A stretch of DNA of 64,000 nucleotides from positions 30,070,001-30,134,000 of the forward strand of contig OX638162.1 of the NCBI GenBank assembly GCA_951804945.1, in the 5' to 3' direction. A model generated the notes under the pieces. The model was given only the letters and a program-made list of their open reading frames with translations. It had not been told where the DNA came from and made no database searches. The position numbers and the translations under genes were made by a program. Of the stretch, positions 12,624 to 24,690 are shown in pieces. Every line of letters begins with the position of its first letter. The stretch's first letter is position 1. This stretch comes from Podarcis cretensis (Eukaryota).

Positions 12624-14714
12624 TTGGAGCCGGTTCATAAGGACCAGGCAGGCTTTCTCCCAGGAAGACATTTATCAGATAATGTAAGGAATACAATTGA
12701 CATTATGGAATTGTTGACAGTAAATATCAATACAAAGGCAGTTTTAATTTTTGTGGACGCGGAGAAAGCCTTTGATAATATTTCTTGGAACTTCATGAAG
12801 AAGAATCTCCATGGGATGGGGGTAGGTCAAAGGTTTGAAAATGGTATAGGTGCAATATACTCTGAACAAAAGGCGAAGCTAATTGTAAATAATGTGGTTG
12901 CTGATGAACTTTCTATAGAAAAAGGGACACGGCAGGGGTGCCCAATATCCCCATTACTCTTTATATCAGTCCTGGAGGTCTTGTTGAATATGATCAGGGG
13001 GGACCAGCTGGTGAAAGGAGTTCAGGTCGGAGCCAAACAATATAAATTGAAGGCATTTGCAGATGACTTAGTATTGACTTTACAAGAGCCAGACACTAAT
13101 ACAAAAAGAGTCTTAGAATTAATTCAAGTTTTTGGTCAGGTGGCAGGATTTAAGTTGAATAAACAAAAAACCAAAGTTTTGGAAAAAAACTTAACAAATG
13201 TTGAAAGAGAGAGGTTTCAAAGTGAAACTGGGTTAACGGTAGCAAAGAAAGTAAAATTTTTGGGGATTAATATGACATCTAAAAATGTGAATTTATTTAA
13301 AGACAATTATGACAAATGTTGGACGGAGGTAAAGAAAGATTTAGAAATATGGTCGAACTTGAAGCTTTCCTTGTTAGGCCGAATCGCAGTAATCAAAATG
13401 AATGTATTGTCAAGAATGTTATTTTTGTTTCAGACATTACAGATTGTGGATAAACTAGATTGTTTCAAGAAGTGGCAGAAAGATATATCCAAATTTGTCT
13501 GGCAGGGCAAAAAGCCCAGAATAAAATTTAAGATACTAACTGATGCGAAAGAAAGAGGGGGGTTTGCCCTGCCGGACTTAAGACTGTACTATGAATCGGC
13601 AGCTTTCTGCTGGTTGAAAGATTGGCTACTTCTTGAGAATACAGATATTTTGGATCTGGAAGGATTTGACAATAGATTTGGGTGGCATGCATATATATGG
13701 TATGACAAGGTTAAAGTTCATAAAGGTTTCAAAAACCATATTGTTAGGAAAGCATTATACAATGTTTGGATCCGATATAAGGATTTGTTGGAAAATAAAA
13801 CTCCTAGGTGGTTATCACCAATGGAGGCTAAGGAGGTGAAGAAGCTTAATATGGAATCTAAATGGCCAAAATATTTTGAAATTTTAGAGCAAGAAAGTGG
13901 CAAATTTAAATTACGGAGTTTTGAGAAAATAAAGTCCATGGTACGAGATTGGCTCCATTATTATCAAATAATGGAGACATTTAAACAAGACAGGAAAATT
14001 GGCTTTCAGGTGGAGAAATCGAAATTAGAAACAGAATTGTTAGAACCCAATACTAAGAATTTATCAAGAATGTACAATTTGTTGCTGAAGTGGAATACAA
14101 TGGATGAGACTGTTAAATCAGCTATGATTAAATGGGCACAGGACATTGGTCAAAATATTATGTTTGCTGACTGGGAACAGTTATGGACCACCGGTATTAA
14201 ATTTACGGCATGTAATGCCTTAAGAGAAAATGTTATGAAAATGATTTACAGGTGGTACATGACCCCAGTCAAGCTTGCGAAGATTTATCATTTGCCCAAT
14301 AACAAATGTTGGAAGTGTAATGAGACTGAAGGGACCTTCTTTCACCTTTGGTGGACCTGCCCAAAGATTAAGGTCTTCTGGGAAATGATCTATAATGAAA
14401 TTAAGAAGGTACTTAAATGTACTTTTCACAAGAAACCAGAGGCATTTCTCTTGGGCATGGTCGACCAATTGGTGTCAAGGAGGGACAAGACCTTTTTTAT
14501 GTACGCCACTACAGCAGCAAGAATTCTTCTAGCAAAGTATTGGAAGACACAAGAACTACCCACACTGGAAGAATGGCAGACGAAAGTGATTGACTTTATG
14601 GGATTGGCAGAAATGACTGGCAGAGTCCGTGACCAAGAGAAAGAGACGGTGGAAGAAGATTGGAAGAAGTTTAAATTATATCTTAAGAACTGTTACAAAA
14701 TTGAGGAGTGCTAA
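12624..14714 (+). CDS. L1 ORF2 fragment: reverse transcriptase plus C-terminal Cys-rich zinc knuckle; endonuclease missing, no true start codon
   Basis: QAGFLPGR, DAEKAFD, GTRQGCPISPLLF, FADD, FLGI and CWKC..GTFFHLWWTC motifs. The TTG 'start' lies inside the TSD. Confidence 0.92.
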   Translation: MEPVHKDQAGFLPGRHLSDNVRNTIDIMELLTVNINTKAVLIFVDAEKAFDNISWNFMKKNLHGMGVGQRFENGIGAIYSEQKAKLIVNNVVADELSIEKGTRQGCPISPLLFISVLEVLLNMIRGDQLVKGVQVGAKQYKLKAFADDLVLTLQEPDTNTKRVLELIQVFGQVAGFKLNKQKTKVLEKNLTNVERERFQSETGLTVAKKVKFLGINMTSKNVNLFKDNYDKCWTEVKKDLEIWSNLKLSLLGRIAVIKMNVLSRMLFLFQTLQIVDKLDCFKKWQKDISKFVWQGKKPRIKFKILTDAKERGGFALPDLRLYYESAAFCWLKDWLLLENTDILDLEGFDNRFGWHAYIWYDKVKVHKGFKNHIVRKALYNVWIRYKDLLENKTPRWLSPMEAKEVKKLNMESKWPKYFEILEQESGKFKLRSFEKIKSMVRDWLHYYQIMETFKQDRKIGFQVEKSKLETELLEPNTKNLSRMYNLLLKWNTMDETVKSAMIKWAQDIGQNIMFADWEQLWTTGIKFTACNALRENVMKMIYRWYMTPVKLAKIYHLPNNKCWKCNETEGTFFHLWWTCPKIKVFWEMIYNEIKKVLKCTFHKKPEAFLLGMVDQLVSRRDKTFFMYATTAARILLAKYWKTQELPTLEEWQTKVIDFMGLAEMTGRVRDQEKETVEEDWKKFKLYLKNCYKIEEC

Positions 14715-15005
14715 AATGTCAAGGGGAGGGAAGTGGCAGAATTACAGCTGAAATTGTTTGATGATTTAAGGTGAAATTGAGAAAGATAATAAGTTTAAAT
14801 TTAATTGGTAAAAAGGGTTGCTGAAAAACTGTAAAACAAGGATGCAAAAAGGGGGAGGTATGGAGAAGTCCGAGAAAGGAGGTTTATGAAAATGAGGTTA
14901 AGAAATTATATTTGTGTGTTTGTTTGTATTTGTTGATGTTTGTGTGTTGTTGTTGTTTTGTTTTAATTGGAAAATTAATAAAAATTATTATATATATATA
15001 AAAAA
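12634..15005 (+). mobile_element. Young 5'-truncated L1-clade LINE in MAP1A intron 1 (antisense to MAP1A)
   Basis: Perfect 18-bp TSD agaaatatttggagccgg (12616-12633, 15006-15023) at a TTT/AGAAA L1-endonuclease-type site; uninterrupted ORF2; 3' UTR; AATAAA at 14977; (TA)n/A tail. Confidence 0.95.
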
Positions 15006-15189
15006 AGAAATATTTGGAGCCGGGTCCTTACCACCAATTCAAGCACCTGTATCAATGAGTAAGGCTGGACACACAAAGAACTGGAAGGCACCCCAGCTCA
15101 GCCCCACTTGTCAGTCTACTGCTAAAGCATTTATGATGGGTGACCATACAACTTGCACTAAAAAATCAAGGAGAGCCTTCCAAGGCAGT

Positions 15190-15650
15190 CTTTTCCACCA
15201 CTGAAAGCTCTTTCTAACGGTTAGTAGAAATCCTGTTTCCTATAATTTTAACCTATTAGTTCAGGTCCTATTCTCTGGAGAAATAAATTGCTCCATTATC
15301 TATGTGACACTCTTTAAGTATATGAACATGGTTTTGTCTCATCTCACCTCTTAATCGTCTCTTCTCCTGGCTAAACATACCCACCTCCTTCATCTTTTCC
15401 TCATAGGATGTGGTTCCCAGGGGCCTCACCATCTTTGTTGCCCATTTCTGGGCACATTCCAGTTGGGCACTCCTTCAGCTGCTTTGCCCACCACAGCTGG
15501 ACACAGGTAGGTCTAGATGAGGTCTGACCAAAGCAGAATAGGGTGCCATCATTAGTTTTGTGGTGTGGACATTTTATACATTAGTTAATGCAGTCTAGAA
15601 CTGTATTGGCTTTTTTAGTTACTGCATTGGATTGCTGATTTATATTTAGC
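15190..15650 (-). mobile_element. CR1 LINE relic
   Basis: Reverse strand carries YSALVRPHL and LGMFSQEKRRLRG-like motifs. Confidence 0.75.
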
Positions 15651-16337
15651 TCATGGTGATGGTCCAAGGAAGGTTTATTTGGCAGCAGCTTCCAACAGAG
15701 CACAGAAGTGGGAAACTTTGTCTCTCCATGCATCTGTCTTCACCCTCTGGCTGCAACAACTGAAACTCATCCAAGCAAGTGCTACCAGATGCAGCCAAGG
15801 CAGCAGCCCATATTTTTACAGTATTCAAAGCAGAACCCAATTTGAAGTTATTTGCAAGTAAATTACAGTGGACTACTGAAGATTTATGACCACAAGCTCC
15901 CTGGAGTACCAGGGGACTGACCTGGAGCTAAAGTATTTATTTTTTCTAACACTATTGGGCTTAATTTGTTTGAATAGACCGGGGGGGAGGGGGGAGAACA
16001 CCTTTCAGTGCAATGGGGCACCCTGAATGAAATGCATCTCTTCTACCCTGGGCTATCCAGCCTCAGGTTCTGGTCAAAATTGTACACAGAATATTCCAAT
16101 TTCAATAAAGACTAAATGAACTGGGATAATGAAGAATGAAACTGGGACCACCCAAGTCAGGCTCTCTAGTGGATTGTAGTTTTTAAGGTTATTTAAAATG
16201 TACAAGACATACACACAAGAAGCAAGCATGTTCAATTTGATAATGACAGAACAATTTAAGACCAAACAATATGCACTAATTTCAGTTGCATACATTGTAA
16301 TCTACACTCCATACAAAACAGATTTCCTCATTATGTT

Positions 16338-16608
16338 TTTTTTAAAGTAATATTTATTACTTTTCCAACAATTTAAACACTACAAAGAAAGAAAAAGAAC
16401 AATACAATACAATACAAAAACACTACATAACACTAACACATTAAACTAACAAAACAAAACAAAAACAGTTTAAAACATATCAAATAATTTCAGTATCTTA
16501 TCTTTCACTTATTTCCACGACCTCCTCACACCTCCCTTTTGGTATTCCACTTTTGTTAATTGTTTCAGCAATTCCTTTCCATCTTCCTCTGTTTTCTATC
16601 CTATAATT
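16338..16608 (-). mobile_element. Short L1 3'-UTR insertion
   Basis: 20-bp TSD acagatttcctcattatgtt (16318-16337, 16609-16628); poly-T and tttatt at the left end; reverse complement resembles the 3' UTR of the 12.6-15 kb L1 (aaaagggaggtgtg / aaaagggggaggtatg). Confidence 0.8.
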
Positions 16609-16717
16609 ACAGATTTCCTCATTATGTTCCCTAACATTCAGTTTATCATGGTGCTGCTGGAATGAACGAAGTGAAAGTGGGAATCAGGAAAACGTCCCTC
16701 AAGGACCTTCAAGTCTT

Positions 16718-17170
16718 CCTTTTATTAAAGCTTGAAAAACAAACAAGGAATAAACAATATAAAGAATTCAACATTAAATTTCCAGCATTTTTAAACATAA
16801 AAGCTAAAATAAATAAGTTACAGAAAAAGAAGGAAAAAAGAAAAGACTTCCAATTCTCCATCTACAGTATTAGTTTTAAAAGCTTGTGCAAAAACTTACT
16901 CCATAATAACATCCAACTCTTCTACTTTACATAAACCAACTTTTTTCAGTCTTCAAAATGTCAACAATGATTTTTCCCTAACATGTCAACTTTGCAATCT
17001 CAGCCAAATCCATTAATTTCAATAACCATTCTTTCATAGTAGGTAATAGTAAGTTCTTCTGTCTTTGTTGTGCTTATTAAAATCTCACTGCTGTGATCAT
17101 ATATTGTATTCCATATTCTTTTTCTAGTTGTACAGCCATTAGTCCCAGTAGGAAGAGTTCTGGTTTCAGG
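16718..17170 (-). mobile_element. Older degenerate L1 3' end (ORF2 C-terminus and UTR)
   Basis: Reverse strand shows KPELFLLG and YMITAVR-like remnants, matching KPEAFLLG/MYATTAAR in the intact L1; T-rich tail at the left end. Confidence 0.65.
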
Positions 17171-17468
17171 TGAACAAGAGGAGCAAATACTGTAGTTCTG
17201 AATAGGTGTCAGAGGTCAGTAATGGATTGGATGGGGGGTTATATACTATGTGAGTCCAGGCAAGGCAGAACTGCTGTGGAGAGGAATTTCATCTAAGCCA
17301 GAATGGTATAGAAGTTAGAGTGTCAGAATAGGACCTGGAAGACCAGGGCTCAAATCCCCAATTGGCCATGATGCTCACTGGGTAACCAGGGGTCATCACT
17401 GCTTCTCAACTTAACCTATCTCACAAGGCTGTTGTGGGAATTAAATGAAGAAGGAGGGTTATGATGTA

Positions 17469-17792
17469 AAAGGTAAAGGTAAAGGTACCCCTGCCCGTAC
17501 GGGCCAGTCGTGACCGACTCTGGGGTTGCGTGCTCATCTCGCTTAAGAGGCCGGGAGCCAGAGCTGTCCGAAGACACTTCTGGGTCATGTGGCCAGCGTG
17601 ACGAAGCTGCTCTGGCGAGCCAGCACCAGCGCAGTGCACGGAAACGCCGTTTACCTTCCCTCTATAAAGTGGTACCTATTTATCTACTTCCACTTAGGGG
17701 TGCTTTCGAACTGCTAGGTGGGCAGGAGCTGGGACCGAACGATCGGCAAGTCCTAGGCACTGAGGTTTTACCCACAGTGCCACCTGCGTCCC
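17469..17792 (-). mobile_element. Sauria SINE (internally deleted), nested in an older tRNA-derived SINE at ~17305-17870
   Basis: GGGACGCAGGTGGCACTGTGG head, (ACCTTT)n tail, ~13-bp imperfect TSD ggg(t/g)tatgatgta; homologous to the copy at 53563. Confidence 0.9.
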
Positions 17793-20049
17793 TGGGGTAT
17801 GATGTACACCCCTCAAACTCCATGGAGGAAATGGAGAGTTATAAATGCAATAAATTAATAAACAAATAAAATGTGACTAGGAAGACAGTTTTGGCCTGTT
17901 CTGAATGGGATTATAGCACAGAATTTTGGAGTGCTGTTAAATCCTTCTAATAGTTTGGATATCCTGGGGCATCTGCATCATCAGACTAGTCAGGTTCACT
18001 AGCTGTGACCCCTTGCCACTATTGCCCATCTATCTTTAGATTAAGACAATGCAGAAATGTAAAATGCTGCAGTTTAGGTTACTGCTTGGTACTAGTAATG
18101 AGGAACACACCATTATGTTCAAAAATAGCTCCAGATTTTCTATTTCCCCAGGTAAACTGCTAGTCTTAACCTTTAAAATCATTTATGCCTTAGAACCTTG
18201 GTGTCTGGAAGACCACCCACTCCTATGCAAACCTTCCTCTGCCTATAGAAGCAAGGCAGGTGGTAGCTGGAGAGATTATGTCCCATCACTGCAATGCCCT
18301 CCATATACAGCTGCTCCACACGTTTGCTAAGTTTTCAGTGCCAGATAAAGACTGTTTCATTTGTAGGAGCTTTTCATGAGCAACATTTTAATTTTATTTG
18401 CTTAATTGTGTACAGCCTGTTTTATCTTCCTTGTTATGCTGTCCAACTTATTTTATTTCCACTGATCTTTTGAGTTAAAAATTAATAATAATGTGTTATT
18501 CCATTTACAGTACATTGTGCTCTGTTTTACCAGCATTGTGCATTGCTTTAGAAATTATTTAAATTTTAAAACAAGAGATATGCATTTTTGAAATTAAATA
18601 AGAATAAAGCAATGCCCTTCCAGACTTACAAAGACAGCCCCTCTCCAAAAACCCTGCAGTGTAAGACTGCTTTAAAAGGATTCAGCCAACCACAGGGGAG
18701 GAAAATAAAAGAAAAGGAGGTGATTTCCATGTGTCCAAAGGAGGAGTCAACCACAGTGGCAATTCCTCTTTCATTCCCTTGAAATGACCCATTCACATTG
18801 ACAAGGTGCTACAAATATCACCCTAAGGAGAGACGAGAGGGCTGCCTTTACTCCATTCCTGGAGAATGCCAGGTAAGAAAAGAGCCCTCACCTACTTCCT
18901 GCTCACTAAGGAGGCACTTTCATGCTGCTCCTGCTTCACACTCACTGCAGAGAGAAAGTCCAGGAACTAGCAGGAAAGAAAGCTGCACTGCAGCACCAAC
19001 TACACACCACAGCAGCAGCTGCAGCAGCAACAGCAGCAGCCACTACCTGCCTCTTTCCAAGCTTGCCAGCTTGCTTCCATCTGCTCCCCTTATGTGCAGC
19101 AAGAAAGATGTGGGTTTCCCATAAGTTGCTGAAAATCAGAGCTGCAACTAGGAGGTCCTTGAATAGCACTGCGGTGTCAATCCCATGACACTGATTTGCA
19201 TTCTTGGGGGAGGGCCAATATGGGACATTTTGCTGGCAGCAGCTGGGCAAGCACCAGCCACACCCTCCAGGCTGCAGAGAAGGGGAACCTTCCTCACTTA
19301 CCTGGATACATGGTCAGTGGGTTTGCATGCCTTTCCCCCCTGCCAGGCTGGAGTTCCTGAGGAGAGAGGGCATTAAGGGTTCCACCCCAGCTGTAAAGCC
19401 TTATTGGGAGTGCACTTATTGTCTCATTCCTTATGCCCTTTGCAGGAATGATTACAGTATATGCTTTGTATTTGTTTACTCCTAGCTTTATACTCCATCA
19501 TTCCCACCAGTTCAAGCAGCAGCAGCATTGTGCCAGATAAAAATACAACTACAAGTCAGTTTTCTTAAGAAAAAGTCATACCAGACGAACTTCATCTACC
19601 TCCCCGTTTTTACAGCTAACTTGATAGAACAGGGGGATGGTACAAGATGTAGTTTAGCTTGTTTTCAGCAAAACTTCCAACAAGCTACTCCACAATATTC
19701 TTGTTGACAAGCTGCTAAAATGTGTGATAGACTAAGCTTGGGGACTCTCGGATTCAGGGACAGAACAGAGACTTCCAGAACTCCTTATCCAACTCTTTAG
19801 ACTTTCCCCAAGCCAAAACCCTCAAGAGCTCTGGATCCAGTTCCTCCTATGGGGCTTTTGCCTGGCTGAAATGTGCCCTTGAATTGTGTCAGTGGATGGA
19901 GAAGGGTGTGTGGGGAAATCATTGACTTGATTGTGGCAGGGCTGTAGTCTATTGTACTAAGAAGAGTCACATCTGTTGCTCATTTTGCTTCTAGTCCTGC
20001 CCACCTTTGGCAAACAGTTCCCAGAATGCTGCCTATGAAGCTTCCCCAC

Positions 20050-20490
20050 CCCCACATGAAAGACACTGCTACTGTTAGGCAGATGTGTAGTTAGTGACTC
20101 AACAACTTTGTATAAAAGACTTGGACACAAAAAGTAGAGAAAATGTTCATCAAATCAGTAGATAACACCAAACCAACAAAATTCAAGGTGAGTCTAGCAT
20201 GATGAAGAACTGGACCAAAGTAACAAATTTAATTTCAACACAGATAAAGGCAACATTATGCATTTAGGTAGGAAAATCAAGACACACAAGTGCAGGATGG
20301 AAAGCGCCTGGCTTGACAGTAGAGCCAGGTTTCTTAGCACACCATGAGCTAAAAATGAGCCAGCAATGTGATGCCGCTACTAAAAAGGCTAATACAATTC
20401 TAGGCTACAACGGAAACATAGTGTCTGGATCACGAGAAGCTATGGGACCGCTAAATTCTGCTTTGGTCAGTCCTGTACTACTGTGCACTG
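20050..20490 (+). mobile_element. CR1 LINE relic
   Basis: LKMSQQCDAATKKANTILG...SALVSP motif. Confidence 0.8.
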
Positions 20491-20589
20491 CAGCAGTTTA
20501 AGAAGAAAGGACTAATAGACGAAAACGATGACAGTTCCCGGGCTCTCCCATAGATGACAGAGCAAATTTGTCTTCAGTTACTCCCGAAC

Positions 20590-21860
20590 CGGCAAGATCA
20601 AAATAGCAAGAAGACTGACCGCCAGGTGGATCTTCCAGGGAGCGGCGCCTCGGGGGCTCCTGCCCAGGCGACAGCGGACAAGGAGAAGGGTCCGGCCAGA
20701 AGAAGCCGCCCCGCTCTGGGCAGGTCCAGCGGCGGCGGCTGGGCCTGGCGACCCGCTTATCCTTCCTCCTCTTGGCGGCCAGAGTCCCGCCCCCTCCCCG
20801 CCACGGACTCTCCAGGGATGGGGACGCCGCCGCTCTTGGGAATTCCGGTCCAGGGAGCGCCGCGCCAGGGCCAGATCCAGCCGGTCCCGCGCCCCTCAGG
20901 TGCTCCCAACTGCGGCGACACGGCAGGCCCTCTCCAGGGTGCTGAACGCGGAGGCGGCGGCGGCTTCCGGCAGGCCTCCCCATCTCCCTCCCTCCCTCCC
21001 TCCGCCCGTCCTTACCGCGCTCGAGGCTCCGGCGCAGCGTTTCCCGCTCTTGCTCGGTGCCGACCTCGCCGATCACGGCAAGCACCGCGTGGCCCCGCCG
21101 CTGCCTCCCCCGCCTGCCGCTGCCGGGCGCCGCCGGCGTCTCCATGGTGACAGGCCCGGCCGCCGGCGTCCCCATAGCAACTGGTTCCCAACTCCGCAGA
21201 TGCCGCAGCAGCCTCCTGCGCGCGCCTCTTAAGGGGAGAGCCGGCCGCGCGCGGATTGGCTCCTCAGAACGCACGTGCCCCACGAGGCGCTGGGGCGGGG
21301 ATTCCCGTGGCCCCGCCCCCGAGGGCGTCCCCGCCCACCTACCTAGGCGTGCTTAGAATAAGCAGGGCGTGGGGCGGAGTCACAGAAGGGGCGGGGCTCT
21401 TTCCCCTCCCCGCGTCGAACGGGCTGGGAGGGGCGGGGCGGAATTGCATCTTCCTTCTCCTCTCCTGGAGAGATATACACGCTTCTTCCAGGACCCGAGG
21501 CGATCCCAGCCGCTGTCTTGCAGCCCAACAGGCGCTTATCTCTGTTAGCGGAGCCCCCTCCCCTACGCGCCAGGGTTTGATCCAGCTTTTGCTCCTGCTG
21601 CTGGGTTCCGGTGATGTACCCCCAGCCGGCACCGAGGAATGAGGGCGACCCTTCCCTCTTTTCATCGGGTGGGGCAAAGGAGAGCGAACCCCTTTGCCTG
21701 CCGCGAGAAGGCGATCCCTCCCCGCCGGCCAGAGGTCTGCCCCCCCCCCCAGTCAGGCCAGCGGCCTCCAAACGAGCGGAGGTGGGGAAGCTGCCTTGGC
21801 CCCCAGCTGCAGCGCCTGTCTACAATGCAGAGTGAGGGGCGGCAACCCGCGGGGCCCCTG
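20590..21860. promoter_or_regulatory. MAP1A CpG-island promoter
   Basis: X-boxes at 21138-21151 and 21168-21181, CCAAT(-) at 21255-21259, E-box CACGTG at 21272-21277, several GC boxes. Confidence 0.85.
21016..21175 (-). CDS. MAP1A: MAP1A coding exon 1 (long N-terminal isoform)
   Basis: Reads MGTPAAGPVTMETPAAPG...HAVLAVIGEVGTEQERETLRRSLERG, resembling the MAP1A/MAP1B N-terminus (HSLLIVIGDIGTE...LEQG). Ends at a phase-1 G|GTAAG donor. Lies in a CpG island, divergent from TP53BP1 as in mammals. Second in-frame ATG at 21145. Confidence 0.88.
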
Positions 21861-22631
21861 CAATGCTGGTGACCCTATAGCCCTCTTCCCTCAGAAGGGC
21901 AGCCCTGCCAGCCAGTTCCCCGACCTTCCTCTTTTACCTCCACGCTGGCAGCTGGTGTCCATCCCCAAGGGGCTGCAGGTTCTTGGCAGGGCAGAAGGTG
22001 GTGCTGAGCACTGAGGGCTTCTTAGCTTAGAAAGAAGAAAGGCAGCAGAGAAGTGACAGATAATTATACATGGTGTGGAGAAAGGGGACAGCTGCCCTTT
22101 GCCTTCTTTCAAAATATTAGATCCTAGGGACATACAGTGAAGCTGAGCATTGGAAGATTAAGGTCAGACAAAAGGAAGAATTTTTCACATGGCACGTAGT
22201 TAAATGATGGAATTCACTTCCACAACAATAATTTAATTTAAAAAATATTATTTATATGCCACCCATCTGACTGGGTTGCCCCAGCCACTCTGGGCAGTTT
22301 CTAGAAAATTATAAAACCACAGTAAAACATCGCACACTATAGGTGTGGCGATGGACCAGAACTCAGATGCCTTTGAAAGGGAATAAGAAAATAAGAAAAT
22401 ATGGAAGACAATCACCTTGTGTTTTGCCTGTTGTCGGACACTCCTTGGGGCACCTGATGGGCCACTGTGGGAAATCAGATGCTGGACCAAACGAGACCTC
22501 AACAGGGCACTTCCTAGCTCTTTTTCTTCAAAGAACCTGAAGTGGGCTGCTAATTTAAGCAGGGAAACAGCACTGAGGGGAAAGCTTTTAATTCTCTCCC
22601 CCTGCCCTTTCCTCAATTGTAAGAATATTCC

Positions 22632-22772
22632 TAATAATAATAATAATAATAATAATTTATTATTTGTACCCTGCCCATCCGGCTGCGTTTCCCCAGCCAC
22701 TCTGGGCGGCTTCCAACAAAGATTAAAAATACATTAAAATGTCACACATTAAAAACTTCCCTGAACCGGGCT
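22632..22772 (-). mobile_element. L2-like 3' end with (TTA)n tail; related copies at ~10340-10430 and ~22245-22330
   Basis: Shared core ccatc..gctg.gtt.ccccagccactctgggc adjoining AT-rich/(AAT)n tails in three places. Confidence 0.65.
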
Positions 22773-24549
22773 CCCTCATGCTGGCATATACACCACTGGA
22801 GAGGAGGGTAAATACAAGCACCTGTTGCCCCACACCTTTTGCCAGAGGGAGACGACTTGGGACAGGTACAAATAGCATATGTCCACCAGTGCAATTTCAG
22901 TCAATGTGGCAACTATTCTGAAGAAAATAAAAAGACACCAGGTGATCAGATTATACACCTCCCACTTCCCATCTTTGTTGTAAAACAAGGAAGCAAAGGA
23001 AGGGACAGCAATAGAACTTGCAGGACCAAGGACAGTTCCCAACAGCAAAGAACTTGCTCCAAATGGTTTCAAGAGCTAAGTACTTCTGATTTTTCATCTC
23101 CCAATCTTATTGCCTTTCTCAGTCTTTTAGATAGTCCATATCTATATAGTATCTTTACTGCTATATCCTAGTTTGTTATTAACCAATAAATTATGTTCTG
23201 TATCAGGGCACCTAGCTCCTCTGGATGGATGACCATAGGGCCTCTGGTGTTCCCTTGTGATCAGTGTCTGATCAATGCATCAGACCAAAGACAAGACAGG
23301 GGCCTCCAGTTATAGATTATCTATCTGGTATTGATCCAGGATTAAATCCCTGTTCAGGGAGCTGGAGTACAGCATCATATGAAGGGGCAGAGGTTGTCCA
23401 CCTCTGGTGGTATGAGGAGTCTCAAACTTGGCCTGAGCTCCTTAGGGAAAAAGAGGAGAGGAAGGAAATAATGTGAAATAAGTAAAAATTGACAAATGTC
23501 CATATATCTCTATCTCTCTCTATCTATTTGACAGTCACAGTTCAAGAATCTCAATTCCTGCAGTGTGTAAGTTACTAACTGGAATACACTGAGGCTAGAC
23601 CACTTAAGGCTGTGCTCATGTGGACATTTACCTGCACGCAGGTTCCACTGATTTTAGTGGGTTTCAAAGTAAACATGCCTTTTATCAGGCTGTATTTATT
23701 CAACAAATCTCTTTCTCTTACCCAACAAAACTCCTTAGTGAGCAAACAAAATGTGATTGAACTGGAATTCAGCAGCAATTGAATAGGAGCCTAACTATAT
23801 TTCTTCCAAAATCTAACTGCTTCAATTTTAATTGGAAAAACAAATGCTTTTTCTTCAAAGTAATTATTTATGGAGGCAATGTACAAAGACCAGTATTTCC
23901 TGTTTTACCTATCATGCAGGACCTGGTTCCAGAGCCATCTCTTTCTCTTCCAGGAGTAAATGGCATCATAGAGAATTGATGCTTAGAAGGAAGGCAGTTC
24001 CTGCCCAGCTCTGCCTCTTTTAGTTTTGGAATACCAGCATTTATTGCAGGAGAAACCAACTATAGAACAAAAATGTCATCTCTTAACAGGTAAAGAACAT
24101 TCTGTTTATTTTAAGAAACAGACTAACTTTTCTTCTTTCTCCTTCAGGTGTTTTGTTTAAAAGGAACAGGCTGCAAACTGGTCTCCGGAGCAGGGTGGGC
24201 AAGGCTTCTTCCTAGAATGCAAAACGCATCTCTGATGACAAAACCAGACATAGCCCTTCTCTTCCCCGTGTAGCACCTCAGCACTTTAAAATGTGACACA
24301 GTAGGGAGGGGCAATCATCTGGTCCCTCTGGCTCAGAAACAGGCAATTACGTAGGAAGAGCCTTGCTGCTGGATGAGGCCAAAGGCCCACCTAATCCAAC
24401 ATCCTGTTTTCACAATAACTGACCAGTTGCCCCAATGGGAAGCCCACAAGCAGAACTTGAGGGAAACAGGATTCTCCCCACTTGTAATTCCCAGCAATTG
24501 GTATCAAAAATCATATAGAAGAGCATTACAAAGCATAAAAAAAATAAGT

Positions 24550-24690
24550 CTTGCTGAAGATGAATCAGCATGGCTTCTCCATGCACACGAAAGCTTATAC
24601 CCAGAACAAACTTAGTTGGTCTCTCATTTTTTTATTTTATATATATATTTCGACTGCGTCAGACCAACATGGCTACCTACCTGAATCATT
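24550..24690 (+). mobile_element. Penelope-like element terminal fragment
   Basis: gcacacgaaagcttatac...ttagttggtctct...agaccaacatggctacc resembles squamate Penelope ends (recalled). Confidence 0.6.
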
